A stretch of DNA of 64,000 bases from a virus. How positions within the stretch are numbered: position 1 is the stretch's first letter; each line of letters begins with the position of its first letter. Below the pieces are notes generated by a model. It was not told the origin of the DNA. It ran no database searches and was given only the letters and a program-made list of their open reading frames with translations. Below are positions 51,379 to 61,266 of the stretch, in pieces. The DNA lies in the IMG/VR virus record IMGVR_UViG_3300025840_000013; one strand, 5' to 3'. The position numbers and the translations under genes were made by a program.

Positions 51379-51410
51379 TCGGTCATACTGAGTATGGCCG
51401 ATCCTAAATA
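51379..51410 (+). promoter_or_regulatory. intergenic hairpin followed by late-promoter variant CCTAAATA
   Basis: TCGGTCATAC-TGA-GTATGGCCGA 10-bp stem (one G-U pair) with no U-tract; CCTAAATA at 51403-51410; GAGG RBS before ATG 51430. Confidence 0.5.
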
Positions 51411-51429
51411 GTAAGAAAAGAGGAATTTA

Positions 51430-54400
51430 ATGACTAACGCTATCCCAATAAGAGTAGTCGTAGATGGTTCTGGTGATACAACAGGTTTAAGTGAATTTCG
51501 AACAAATGAAACGGTAGGTCTGGATCACGGTGGAACTGGTGCAACTAATGCGGCAGATGCTAGAACAAACCTTGGACTTGCAGATATTGCCGCATCAGGA
51601 AGTTGGGCAGATTTATTAAACAAACCAAATACTGACGATATTCCAGAGGGCACAACCAATCTATATTTCACTGATGAAAGAGTGGATGATAGAGTTGCGG
51701 CTCTTATTGTCGATGGCGTTGGTATTCAGAAAAATTATGATGATGCTGGAAATCTTCTAAACATCGAAATAAACTTCAGTGAATTTGATACTGATGATAT
51801 CATTGAAGGTTCAGTTAACACATTCCTTGCAAATAGATCAACTTCTGATATTCCAGAAGGAATAAATCTTTATTTTACAGACGAAAGAGTAGACGATAGA
51901 GTTGCTGCTCTTTTTGTTGATGGAAAAGGAATTCAAAAGGCATATGACGATGCCGGAAATCTTCTAAACATTGCAATTGACTTTTCAGAATTTGATACTG
52001 ATGATATTGTCGAAGGCACTGTTAATACTTTCTTATCAAATAGAACAACAGATGATATAAACGAAGGAACTGCAAATCTTTACTATACAGATGAAAGAGT
52101 AGATGATCGAGTTGCAAATCTTTTTGTTGATGGTAAAGGATTAACTAAAAATTATGATGATGCTGGTAATCTTTTAAATGTAGAAATTGATTTTAGTGAA
52201 TTCGACTCTGATGATATTGTCGAAGGCGCAGTCAATACATTCCTTGCAAATAGAACAACTGATAATATTCCAGAAGGTTCAACAAATCTTTATTTTACAG
52301 AAACTAGATCAAGAAATTCCATTAGTGCAACTGGAAGTATTAATTACGATCCAGCTACAGGTGTAATAAGTTATACCCAAGGCGATACTGATACAATCGT
52401 AGAAGGTGCCACAAATCTCTACTATACAGATGAGAGAGTCGATGACAGAGTTGCAAATTTAATTTTAGATGGGCAGGGAATTACAAAAAGTTATGATGAT
52501 GCTGGGAATCTTCTAAACATTGCGATAGATTTTACTGAATTTGATTCTGATGATATCATTGAAGGTGCTGTAAATACTTTCTTGGCCTCTAGAACCACTG
52601 ACAATATTCCAGAGGGTTCAACAAATCTTTATTACACAGAAGCAAGATTTGATGCAAGACTGGCAACAAAATCTACAACTGATCTTGCGGAAGGTACAAA
52701 CTTATATTTCACAGAAGAAAGAGTAGATGATAGAGTTGCCGCATTAATTCAAGCAGGAGAAGATATTTCTGTTGTATATGATGATGTTGCAAATACTCTA
52801 ACGATTGCACTAGCATCTAGTATCGATGGAATTAATCTATCAAACAACACCACAGATGATCTTTCTGAAGGTTCTACAAATCTTTACTATACAGATTCAA
52901 GAGTAAATATTGCATTTGATACTAGACTTGCAACAAAATCCACTACAGACCTTTCTGAAGGAACAAACCTTTACTACACGGATGCTAGAGTCGATTCAAA
53001 CTTTGCAGCGAAAACAACAACCGATTTAACCGAAGGTACAAATCTTTACTATACAGAAGCAAGATTTGATACAAGACTGGCAACAAAATCTACAACCGAT
53101 TTAACCGAAGGTACAAATCTTTACTATACGGATACTAGAGTTGCAACATATCTTAATAATAATGGTTACACTACCACATCTGCTGTTGCAGCACAGATCG
53201 CATCCGTTTCATCCGATTTAGATGATGAGATTTACGATAGAGAACAGGCGGATTTAAATCTACAAAGTCAGATCGACAATTTAGTACTTAATGACTTGAC
53301 AGATGTGAATGCAAGTTCTCCCACTTCTGGTGATGCACTTGTATGGAATGGAACATCTTGGGTTCCACAAGCTCCGTTTAGTCAGACAGATTTTGACTCT
53401 GCATTTGCAGCGAAAACAACAACAGATTTAACCGAAGGTACAAATCTTTACTATACTGATACAAGAGTTCGTTCTCATGTCGAAGGACAAGATTTAGACC
53501 TTGGTTCAAATAAAATTCTCTTTTCTAATGTTTACTCTGCATTAGGAGACTTACCAAATGCATCTTCTTACCATGGTATGTTTGCACATGTACACGGAAC
53601 TGGCAAAGCGTACTATGCCCATAATGGACAGTGGGTTGAATTAGCTAATGATGGGGATCTTCCAACAAGTACAGATGACCTTCCAGAAGGTTCTACAAAT
53701 CTGTATTATACAGATACTAGAGTAAGAAGTGCAATCAGTGCAACAACAGGTGTCGCTGGATATGTATCTTCTACTGGTGTTTTCTCAATACCATCCTCAA
53801 CAGATCATATATCTGAAGGTACAAATTTATACTATACAGATGCCAGATTTGATGCAAGACTTGCTACAAAATCCACAACTAATCTTTCCGAAGGAACAAA
53901 TCTTTACTATACAGAAGCAAGATTTGATGCAAGACTTGCTACAAAATCTACAACCGATTTAACCGAAGGTACAAATCTTTACTATACTGATGCTAGAGTT
54001 GATGCAAATATTGCATCAAAAACAACTGATGACGTTGCGGAAGGCTCTACAAATCTTTACTATACCGATTCAAGAGTTGCAACTTATATAAGTGGTAATA
54101 GAACATATGGAAACATCACAACCACTGGTTATATTGCAGGCCCATCAACATTAACTATTGACCCTGCAGGGGTAGGAGACAATACAGGAAAGGTTGTAAT
54201 TGCTGGTGACCTACAGGTCGATGGCACCACAACAACCATCAACTCCACTACAGTAGAAGTTGGCGATTTAAATATTGTGTTGGGAAGTGGAGCAACAAAT
54301 GCAGCTGCTGCCAATGGTGGTGGAATTACGATTGATTTAGGAACAGATGGTTCTGCATCCTTTACTTATAACTCTACTACTGATGAATTTTTATCAAACA

Positions 54401-57400
54401 AAGATATTAATGCAAATATAACTGGACAAGTTTCAGATATCAGTAATCACACTACTACCGACCTTGCGGAAGGAACTAATCTTTATTATACTCAATCAAG
54501 ATTCGATACTGCGTTTGGTGTTAAGTCAACGACTGATTTAACTGAGGGTACAAATCTTTATTATACTCAATCAAGATTCGATACTGCGTTTGGTGTTAAG
54601 TCAACGACTGATTTAACTGAGGGTACAAATCTTTACTACACAGATGCCAGAGTTGACTCAAATTTTGCAACCAAGACTACAACAGATTTAACTGAAGGTA
54701 CAAATCTCTATTATACTCAAGCAAGATTTGATACTGCGTTTGCAACAAAAGATACAGATGATTTAACCGAAGGTTCTACAAATCTGTACTATACGGATGC
54801 TAGAGTAAATACTTGGGCGACTGCAAACCTTGCAAATGTTGCCTTCTCTGGTTCATATGCGGATTTATCAAATACCCCTACAGATTTATCTGATTTCACT
54901 GATACGACTGGACTTTTAGATGTCGCAGCAATTACTGTAGGTGATGCTGCTCCATCAAATCCAAATGATGGTGATTTGTGGTTTGATTCTACAGAATTAA
55001 AAACATTCATTTATTATAACGATGGAACTTCCTCACAGTGGGTTGAGGCGGCAGGAGATGGTGGTGCATCTGTACAATCTTCTAGTACTGCTCCTAGCAG
55101 TCCTTCAGACGGCGACCTTTGGTTTAACGATAATAACCTTAAACTGTACATATATTACAATGACGGTTCCTCAGCACAATGGGTCGAGGCGTCAGGGGGT
55201 ATTGCACAGGATACGGATGCAATCCCAGAAGGTAATAATAACCTTTACTACACTGATACAAGATTTGATACAAGATTCGCAACAAAAGACACAGACGATT
55301 TAATAGAAGGTTCTACAAATCTTTATTACACAGATGCTAGAGTTGATGCAAGAATTACTGCTTCTGCATTGGGTTCTACTGATGATTTGCCAGAAGGTTC
55401 TACAAATCTTTACTACACAGATGCAAGAGTTCAATCGGTTAGTATAAATGAAGTTGTAGAAGATACAACTCCCACATTAGGCGGCAACTTAAATTCTGGT
55501 GGATTTAATATTACTAATATTAGTGCAGATGGTTATAGTCTGCCAGTTGCAGATGGTACAAATCGCCAAGTTATTATGACAGATGGTAGCGGTACGTTAT
55601 CGTTTGAAAATTTAGACACAATTCATACTGAAGTAACAAACCAAACTGGGTCAACTATTCTTAAAGGCACACCTGTTTATCAAACAGGAACAAGTGGCAA
55701 TGCAATGACAATTGCACCAGCTGATGCAAGTAGTTCAGCTACAATGCCAGCGGTTGGTGTTTTAGAACAAGATTTAGCATCAGGTGCTACAGGATTCGTC
55801 ATTCATATGGGTCGAATCTCTGGAGTTGACACAAGTGCATTTAATGAAGGCGACATAATTTATGTTGCAGTCGGTGGTGGTTACACAAATACCCCTCCAG
55901 TTGGTGAAAGTAATCTATTACAAAACTTAGGCCGTGTCACAAAAGTTCATGCATCCAACGGCGGCGGCGTTATTATGGGTGCAGGACGTACAAATGCTGT
56001 ACCTAACTTAAACAGTGGAAACATTTTCATCGGTAATGCAAGTAACCAAGCAACTACTGCATCATTAAATACCTCTGTACAAAATTATCTATCGAATCTT
56101 TCTGGTAGTATCGTTCCAGATACAAATGTTACTTATGATTTGGGTAGCAATACAAATAGGTTCAAAGACATTTATTTGAGTGGAAGTTCTATCTATCTTG
56201 GAACTTTACAATTATCTGACAATAATGGGGCCCTTGAGGTAACTGCAAGTGGTAGTACAGAAGCATTTGCAACAGAAACTTATGTTGACACTGCAGTTGC
56301 AAACTTAGTAGATTCTTCCCCAACTACATTAGATACACTAAACGAACTTGCAGCTGCCTTGGGAGATGATCCAAACTTTAGTACTACAATTACTAATTTG
56401 ATTGGAACAAAACTTGCAACAGCAGATTTTAATACAACTGCTGATAGTTGGTTAACTGGTAAGACAACCACCGATTTAACTGAGGGAACAAACCTTTATT
56501 ATACAGATGTAAGAGTTGATGCAAGAATTGCACTTCAAACAGGTGCAAATCTTTCACTTGCAAATAAAACTACGGATGATTTGTCTGAAGGTTCTGCAAA
56601 CCTTTATTATACAGATGCCAGAGTTGAAACATATCTGGAATCGAATGCAACTGCAGACAGAATACAGTTAAGAACAAATAATTCGTATTTCGGTGTTGGA
56701 ACTGCTGCTGGTTCTGCTGGCATGGCAATTAAAAATAATAGTGGTCAACCATTCTTCTATGGACAAAAATATCTACCGGCAAATAATGGACAGACTGACC
56801 TAGAACTAGAAGCGAATGCTGGTGGTAAAATCAATGTAAATGCATTTAGAATTTATAATGTTGGAACGCCAACTGACCCATCTGATGCGGCCACAAAATC
56901 TTATGTCGATTCTGCAATTGCAACAAAAGATCAATTATCAGAATTGTCTGGAACTACCGATGACATTTCCGAAGGTTCTACAAATCTCTACTACACAGAT
57001 GCAAGAGTAGATGCTAGAATTACTGCATCTAATCCATATGATTCTTCTGATTTTGATGCTAACTTTTCTGGCAAGTCTACAACCGATTTAACCGAAGGTA
57101 CAAATCTTTACTATACAGATGCTAGAGTTGACGCAAGAATTACTGCATCTAATCCATATGATTCTTCTGATTTTGATGCTAACTTTTCTGGCAAGTCTAC
57201 AACCGATTTAACCGAAGGTACAAATCTTTACTATACAGATGCTAGGGCGGATGCGAGAGTTGCTAATGCAAATATTGGAGTATTGAATGATGTAAATACA
57301 ACTGGAATTGCGACTGGAGATTTCCTTCTGTATGATGGTAATGAATTTCTACCAGTCGATTTTGCAACTGAAGTAAACACATATGCCGATACTCGTATTA

Positions 57401-60400
57401 ATACTGCAAGTATTCAAGACTTATCGGATGTAGATGCAGTTGATACACCAGCAAGTGGAGATGTTTTATTATATGATGCTGGAAATAGTAATTTTGGATT
57501 TATTAATCTTGGTAATGAAATTAATTCATATTTTGACACACGGTTTGCAACAAAAGACACAGACGATTTAACGGAAGGTACTACCAATCTTTACTATACT
57601 GATGCAAGAGTTGCCTCTTATTTGTCTGGTACAGGATATGCTACAACTTCATATGTTGCAGCACAAATTGCAAGTATTTCTTCAGATTTAGATGATGAAG
57701 TATATGACAGAGAACAGGCAGATTTAAATTTACAAAGTCAAATAGATTCACTGACAACAAATATTGGTACTTTAGTTCTTGACGATCTTAGTGATGTAGA
57801 TACGACTACAACTGCACCAACTAATGGACAAACTCTCATATTCAATGGTACAACTTTTGTGCCAGGCACTATTTCGGGTTATACAAGTACAGATTTTGAT
57901 ACGGACTTTGGAACGAAATCCACAACTGACCTTTCTGAAGGTACAAATCTTTACTATACTGATGCTAGAGTTAGAACTCACATCCAAGGCGCCGACCTTG
58001 ATATGGGTTCGAATAAGATCTTATTTTCTAATGTTTATGCAAATACTGGTGATTTGCCAAGTGCTTCATCTTACCATGGTATGTTTGCACATGTACACGG
58101 TACAGGAAAGGCATATTATGCCCATAATGGACAGTGGGTAGAACTTGCAAATGTATCTGAACTACCAACTAATACTGATGATGTTTCAGAAGGTTCTACA
58201 AATCTTTATTATACAGATGCCAGATTTGATGCAAGACTTGCTACAAAATCTACAACTGATGTTGTAGAAGGAACAAATCTTTACTATACAGATGCAAGAG
58301 TTGATGCTAGAATTACTGCATCTAATCCATATGATTCTTCTGACTTTGATACGGACTTTGGAACGAAATCCACAACTGACCTTTCTGAAGGTACAAATCT
58401 TTACTATACAGACGCAAGAGTTCAATCATATTTAACCGCACAAGGAATTGCGGCAGAAACACTGACTTCACTTGGAATTGCAGGAAATGTTCTGACATAT
58501 ACAGATGAAGATGGTAATACAACAAATATTGATTTATCTCTCTACTTGGATGATACAAATCTTGCAAGATTAGTAAGTGGTACATTAAATGGAACTACTG
58601 GTATTGCAACATTCACTAGAGATGATGCAACAACATTTACTATTGATTTTAGTCCTCTATTTGATGATACAAATCTTTCAAGAATTAATAGTGCAACATT
58701 TACAAATGGAACATTAACTCTTACTAGAGATGATGCATCCACCGCTGCAACTATAAGTCTGGATGGAAGATATCTTCAAGATCTATCTGGTCTAACTACA
58801 GATAATCTTTCGGAAGGTTCTACAAATCTTTATTATACTCAGACAAGATTTAATTCTGCATTTGCTGGCAAAACAACTACAGATTTAACTGAAGGTACAA
58901 ATCTATATTACACGGATACTAGATTTGATACAAGACTTGCTACAAAATCTACAACTGATTTAACTGAAGGTACAAATCTATATTACACTGATGCAAGAGT
59001 TGATGCAAGAATCGCAGCTGCGAATATTGTTTCTGGTTCTTCTATTGATGACCTTTCTGATGTAGATACTTCAACCACAACACCAACGGATGGGCAGGCA
59101 CTCGTTTGGGATAATACAAATAGTAAGTGGGTGCCTGGCGCATCCGCTGGTTCTTCTATTGATGTTTCTGACATTGCACCCTCAAGTCCATCAGATGGAG
59201 ACTTGTGGTTTGATTCTTCAGAATTAAAAACTTACATTTATTATAACGATGGAACTTCTTCTCAGTGGGTAGAAGCTGCAGGAAATGTTGCATCTAATGT
59301 ACATCTTTCAGATGCAGCTCCAAGTTCTCCATCTGAGGGCGACTTGTGGTTTAATAGTAGCAATCTTAGACTTTATGTTTACTATAATGATGGAAATTCT
59401 TCCCAGTGGATTGAAGCTTCTGGTTCTGTAAATTCTACAGGACAAACTTCTCTTGATGACTTAACGGATGTAGATATAACCACAACTGCACCTACAAATG
59501 GTCAAACTCTTATATTTAATGGTACAAATTTTGTGCCCGGCACTATTTCTGGTTATGCAACATCAGACTTCAACACAGATTTTGCAACTAAAGATACAGA
59601 TGATTTGACTGAAGGTTCAGTAAATCTTTATTATACAGACACCAGAGTTCAAACAAAACTTGGTAATGTTTCTGGACATATTATTCCCGACACAGATGTA
59701 ACATATGACTTGGGTAGTTCAACTCACAAATTTAGAGATTTGTATCTAAGTGGAAATAGTATTACTCTTGGTGGTATTGTTCTCACTGAACATTCTGGTG
59801 CTCTTCAAGTACATACAACTGGTGGCGGGTCTGCACAACCATTTGCAACTGTTTCATATGTAGATACTGAACTTGCAAACTTGGTGAGTTCTGCACCAAC
59901 AACATTAGATACTCTTAATGAACTTGCTGCGGCTCTTGGTGATGATCCAAACTTTGCAACTACAATTACCAACTTGATTGGAACTAAACTTGCAATTACT
60001 GATTTTAATACAACTGCCGATTCTTGGTTAACGACAAAATCTACAACTGACCTTTCTGAAGGAACAAATCTTTACTATACAGACGCAAGAGTTCGTTCAC
60101 ATGTTGAAGGACAAGATTTAGATTTAGGAACTAATAAGGTTCTGTTCTCTAATATGTATGCAACTATTGGAGATTTACCTTCAGCTGCATCTTACCATGG
60201 AATGTTTGCACATGTCCATGCAACTGGTAAGGCATATTATGCCCATGGTGGTTCATGGATTGAGCTTGCAAATGTATCAGAAGTATTTGATGGAACTTGG
60301 GCATCTCTCACTGGAACCCCAACAACAATCGCTGGTTATGGTATTACAGATGCATTTGACGGAGACTATAATAGTTTAACAAATAAACCATCCGTACCGT

Positions 60401-61263
60401 CTGCGTTAGACGATTTGACGGATGTAGATTTAACAACAACATCACCCACAGATGGACAGGCACTTATTTGGGATAGCGCAAACTCTGTTTGGAAGCCGGG
60501 TAATGTTGCTTCTGGCGGTGGAGGTGGAGCTTCCGTTTCTGTATCCGACACCGCACCTTCTTCTCCTTCTGTTGGTGATCTTTGGTTCAATTCTGCGAAC
60601 ACAAAGATGTATGTGTACTTCAATGATGGAACATCGTCACAGTGGATTCAATCAAACCCATCAGGTGCGACTTCACCAATTATTTCGTCCGATACTGCAC
60701 CTACAAATCCTGTTGTAAACAGTCTTTGGTTTGACTCATCAGACGATTCATTATATTTCCGTTATGATGATGGTTCATCAGAACAGTGGGTCAATCTTAT
60801 TGGCGCCTCCGGCGGAGGCGCCTCAGTAACAGTATCTGATACTGCACCAACATCACCAAACGCTGGTGATATGTGGTTTGATAGTCAGTATGCTACTCTT
60901 CTTATTTATTACAATGATGGCACTAATTCTCAGTGGGTCAGTGTTTCTGGAGAAAATAATTCAACATCTACACCACAATGGCAAGAACAATCTGCAGATT
61001 ATACTGCAAGTGCTGGTGATAAACTGTTTGTTGACTGTAGTTCTAGTGCGGTTACTGTAACACTTCCATCCTCACCATCACAGGGAGATGAAGTTAGAAT
61101 AATTGATGCGACAGGTAATGCATCTATAAATAATATAACCATAAATAGGAGTGGAAGCAATATTCAAGGTGCTGCAGATAATCTAATAATAACAACGGAT
61201 AGGGCCGCATTTGGGTTGGTTTATTATAACGCAACTCAAGGTTGGTTACTAATGGAGAGATAA
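51430..61263 (+). CDS. giant repeat-rich tail-fibre-like protein, 3277 aa
   Basis: About 40 T.DL.EG(S)TNLYYT..R repeats; 7 AP..P...(D)LWF....Y.Y.DG.S.QW modules; 3 YHGMFAHVH modules; 2 PTTLDTLNELAAALGDDPNF fibre motifs; GGTGAT.AADARTNLGL; C-terminal TVTLP.SP..GD.V.IID..G......I.R.G..I.G domain resembling T4 gp34 proximal-fibre repeats. Confidence 0.85.
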   Translation: MTNAIPIRVVVDGSGDTTGLSEFRTNETVGLDHGGTGATNAADARTNLGLADIAASGSWADLLNKPNTDDIPEGTTNLYFTDERVDDRVAALIVDGVGIQKNYDDAGNLLNIEINFSEFDTDDIIEGSVNTFLANRSTSDIPEGINLYFTDERVDDRVAALFVDGKGIQKAYDDAGNLLNIAIDFSEFDTDDIVEGTVNTFLSNRTTDDINEGTANLYYTDERVDDRVANLFVDGKGLTKNYDDAGNLLNVEIDFSEFDSDDIVEGAVNTFLANRTTDNIPEGSTNLYFTETRSRNSISATGSINYDPATGVISYTQGDTDTIVEGATNLYYTDERVDDRVANLILDGQGITKSYDDAGNLLNIAIDFTEFDSDDIIEGAVNTFLASRTTDNIPEGSTNLYYTEARFDARLATKSTTDLAEGTNLYFTEERVDDRVAALIQAGEDISVVYDDVANTLTIALASSIDGINLSNNTTDDLSEGSTNLYYTDSRVNIAFDTRLATKSTTDLSEGTNLYYTDARVDSNFAAKTTTDLTEGTNLYYTEARFDTRLATKSTTDLTEGTNLYYTDTRVATYLNNNGYTTTSAVAAQIASVSSDLDDEIYDREQADLNLQSQIDNLVLNDLTDVNASSPTSGDALVWNGTSWVPQAPFSQTDFDSAFAAKTTTDLTEGTNLYYTDTRVRSHVEGQDLDLGSNKILFSNVYSALGDLPNASSYHGMFAHVHGTGKAYYAHNGQWVELANDGDLPTSTDDLPEGSTNLYYTDTRVRSAISATTGVAGYVSSTGVFSIPSSTDHISEGTNLYYTDARFDARLATKSTTNLSEGTNLYYTEARFDARLATKSTTDLTEGTNLYYTDARVDANIASKTTDDVAEGSTNLYYTDSRVATYISGNRTYGNITTTGYIAGPSTLTIDPAGVGDNTGKVVIAGDLQVDGTTTTINSTTVEVGDLNIVLGSGATNAAAANGGGITIDLGTDGSASFTYNSTTDEFLSNKDINANITGQVSDISNHTTTDLAEGTNLYYTQSRFDTAFGVKSTTDLTEGTNLYYTQSRFDTAFGVKSTTDLTEGTNLYYTDARVDSNFATKTTTDLTEGTNLYYTQARFDTAFATKDTDDLTEGSTNLYYTDARVNTWATANLANVAFSGSYADLSNTPTDLSDFTDTTGLLDVAAITVGDAAPSNPNDGDLWFDSTELKTFIYYNDGTSSQWVEAAGDGGASVQSSSTAPSSPSDGDLWFNDNNLKLYIYYNDGSSAQWVEASGGIAQDTDAIPEGNNNLYYTDTRFDTRFATKDTDDLIEGSTNLYYTDARVDARITASALGSTDDLPEGSTNLYYTDARVQSVSINEVVEDTTPTLGGNLNSGGFNITNISADGYSLPVADGTNRQVIMTDGSGTLSFENLDTIHTEVTNQTGSTILKGTPVYQTGTSGNAMTIAPADASSSATMPAVGVLEQDLASGATGFVIHMGRISGVDTSAFNEGDIIYVAVGGGYTNTPPVGESNLLQNLGRVTKVHASNGGGVIMGAGRTNAVPNLNSGNIFIGNASNQATTASLNTSVQNYLSNLSGSIVPDTNVTYDLGSNTNRFKDIYLSGSSIYLGTLQLSDNNGALEVTASGSTEAFATETYVDTAVANLVDSSPTTLDTLNELAAALGDDPNFSTTITNLIGTKLATADFNTTADSWLTGKTTTDLTEGTNLYYTDVRVDARIALQTGANLSLANKTTDDLSEGSANLYYTDARVETYLESNATADRIQLRTNNSYFGVGTAAGSAGMAIKNNSGQPFFYGQKYLPANNGQTDLELEANAGGKINVNAFRIYNVGTPTDPSDAATKSYVDSAIATKDQLSELSGTTDDISEGSTNLYYTDARVDARITASNPYDSSDFDANFSGKSTTDLTEGTNLYYTDARVDARITASNPYDSSDFDANFSGKSTTDLTEGTNLYYTDARADARVANANIGVLNDVNTTGIATGDFLLYDGNEFLPVDFATEVNTYADTRINTASIQDLSDVDAVDTPASGDVLLYDAGNSNFGFINLGNEINSYFDTRFATKDTDDLTEGTTNLYYTDARVASYLSGTGYATTSYVAAQIASISSDLDDEVYDREQADLNLQSQIDSLTTNIGTLVLDDLSDVDTTTTAPTNGQTLIFNGTTFVPGTISGYTSTDFDTDFGTKSTTDLSEGTNLYYTDARVRTHIQGADLDMGSNKILFSNVYANTGDLPSASSYHGMFAHVHGTGKAYYAHNGQWVELANVSELPTNTDDVSEGSTNLYYTDARFDARLATKSTTDVVEGTNLYYTDARVDARITASNPYDSSDFDTDFGTKSTTDLSEGTNLYYTDARVQSYLTAQGIAAETLTSLGIAGNVLTYTDEDGNTTNIDLSLYLDDTNLARLVSGTLNGTTGIATFTRDDATTFTIDFSPLFDDTNLSRINSATFTNGTLTLTRDDASTAATISLDGRYLQDLSGLTTDNLSEGSTNLYYTQTRFNSAFAGKTTTDLTEGTNLYYTDTRFDTRLATKSTTDLTEGTNLYYTDARVDARIAAANIVSGSSIDDLSDVDTSTTTPTDGQALVWDNTNSKWVPGASAGSSIDVSDIAPSSPSDGDLWFDSSELKTYIYYNDGTSSQWVEAAGNVASNVHLSDAAPSSPSEGDLWFNSSNLRLYVYYNDGNSSQWIEASGSVNSTGQTSLDDLTDVDITTTAPTNGQTLIFNGTNFVPGTISGYATSDFNTDFATKDTDDLTEGSVNLYYTDTRVQTKLGNVSGHIIPDTDVTYDLGSSTHKFRDLYLSGNSITLGGIVLTEHSGALQVHTTGGGSAQPFATVSYVDTELANLVSSAPTTLDTLNELAAALGDDPNFATTITNLIGTKLAITDFNTTADSWLTTKSTTDLSEGTNLYYTDARVRSHVEGQDLDLGTNKVLFSNMYATIGDLPSAASYHGMFAHVHATGKAYYAHGGSWIELANVSEVFDGTWASLTGTPTTIAGYGITDAFDGDYNSLTNKPSVPSALDDLTDVDLTTTSPTDGQALIWDSANSVWKPGNVASGGGGGASVSVSDTAPSSPSVGDLWFNSANTKMYVYFNDGTSSQWIQSNPSGATSPIISSDTAPTNPVVNSLWFDSSDDSLYFRYDDGSSEQWVNLIGASGGGASVTVSDTAPTSPNAGDMWFDSQYATLLIYYNDGTNSQWVSVSGENNSTSTPQWQEQSADYTASAGDKLFVDCSSSAVTVTLPSSPSQGDEVRIIDATGNASINNITINRSGSNIQGAADNLIITTDRAAFGLVYYNATQGWLLMER
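57016..57245 (+). repeat. recent direct tandem duplication (~110 bp identical, 120-bp period)
   Basis: 57016-57125 is identical to 57136-57245; a related copy lies near 58300-58410. Confidence 0.9.
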
Positions 61264-61266
61264 TAA

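Noticed and set aside
61140-61147. CATAAATA inside the end of the giant fibre gene as a promoter
   Set aside because: A 7/8 match within AT-rich coding sequence is expected by chance, and the next gene is only 3 nt from the stop, so it can be co-transcribed.
51430-61263. Diversity-generating retroelement or invertible fibre cassette
   Set aside because: No reverse transcriptase or recombinase in the window; repeat differences are not adenine-specific; no inverted gene copies.
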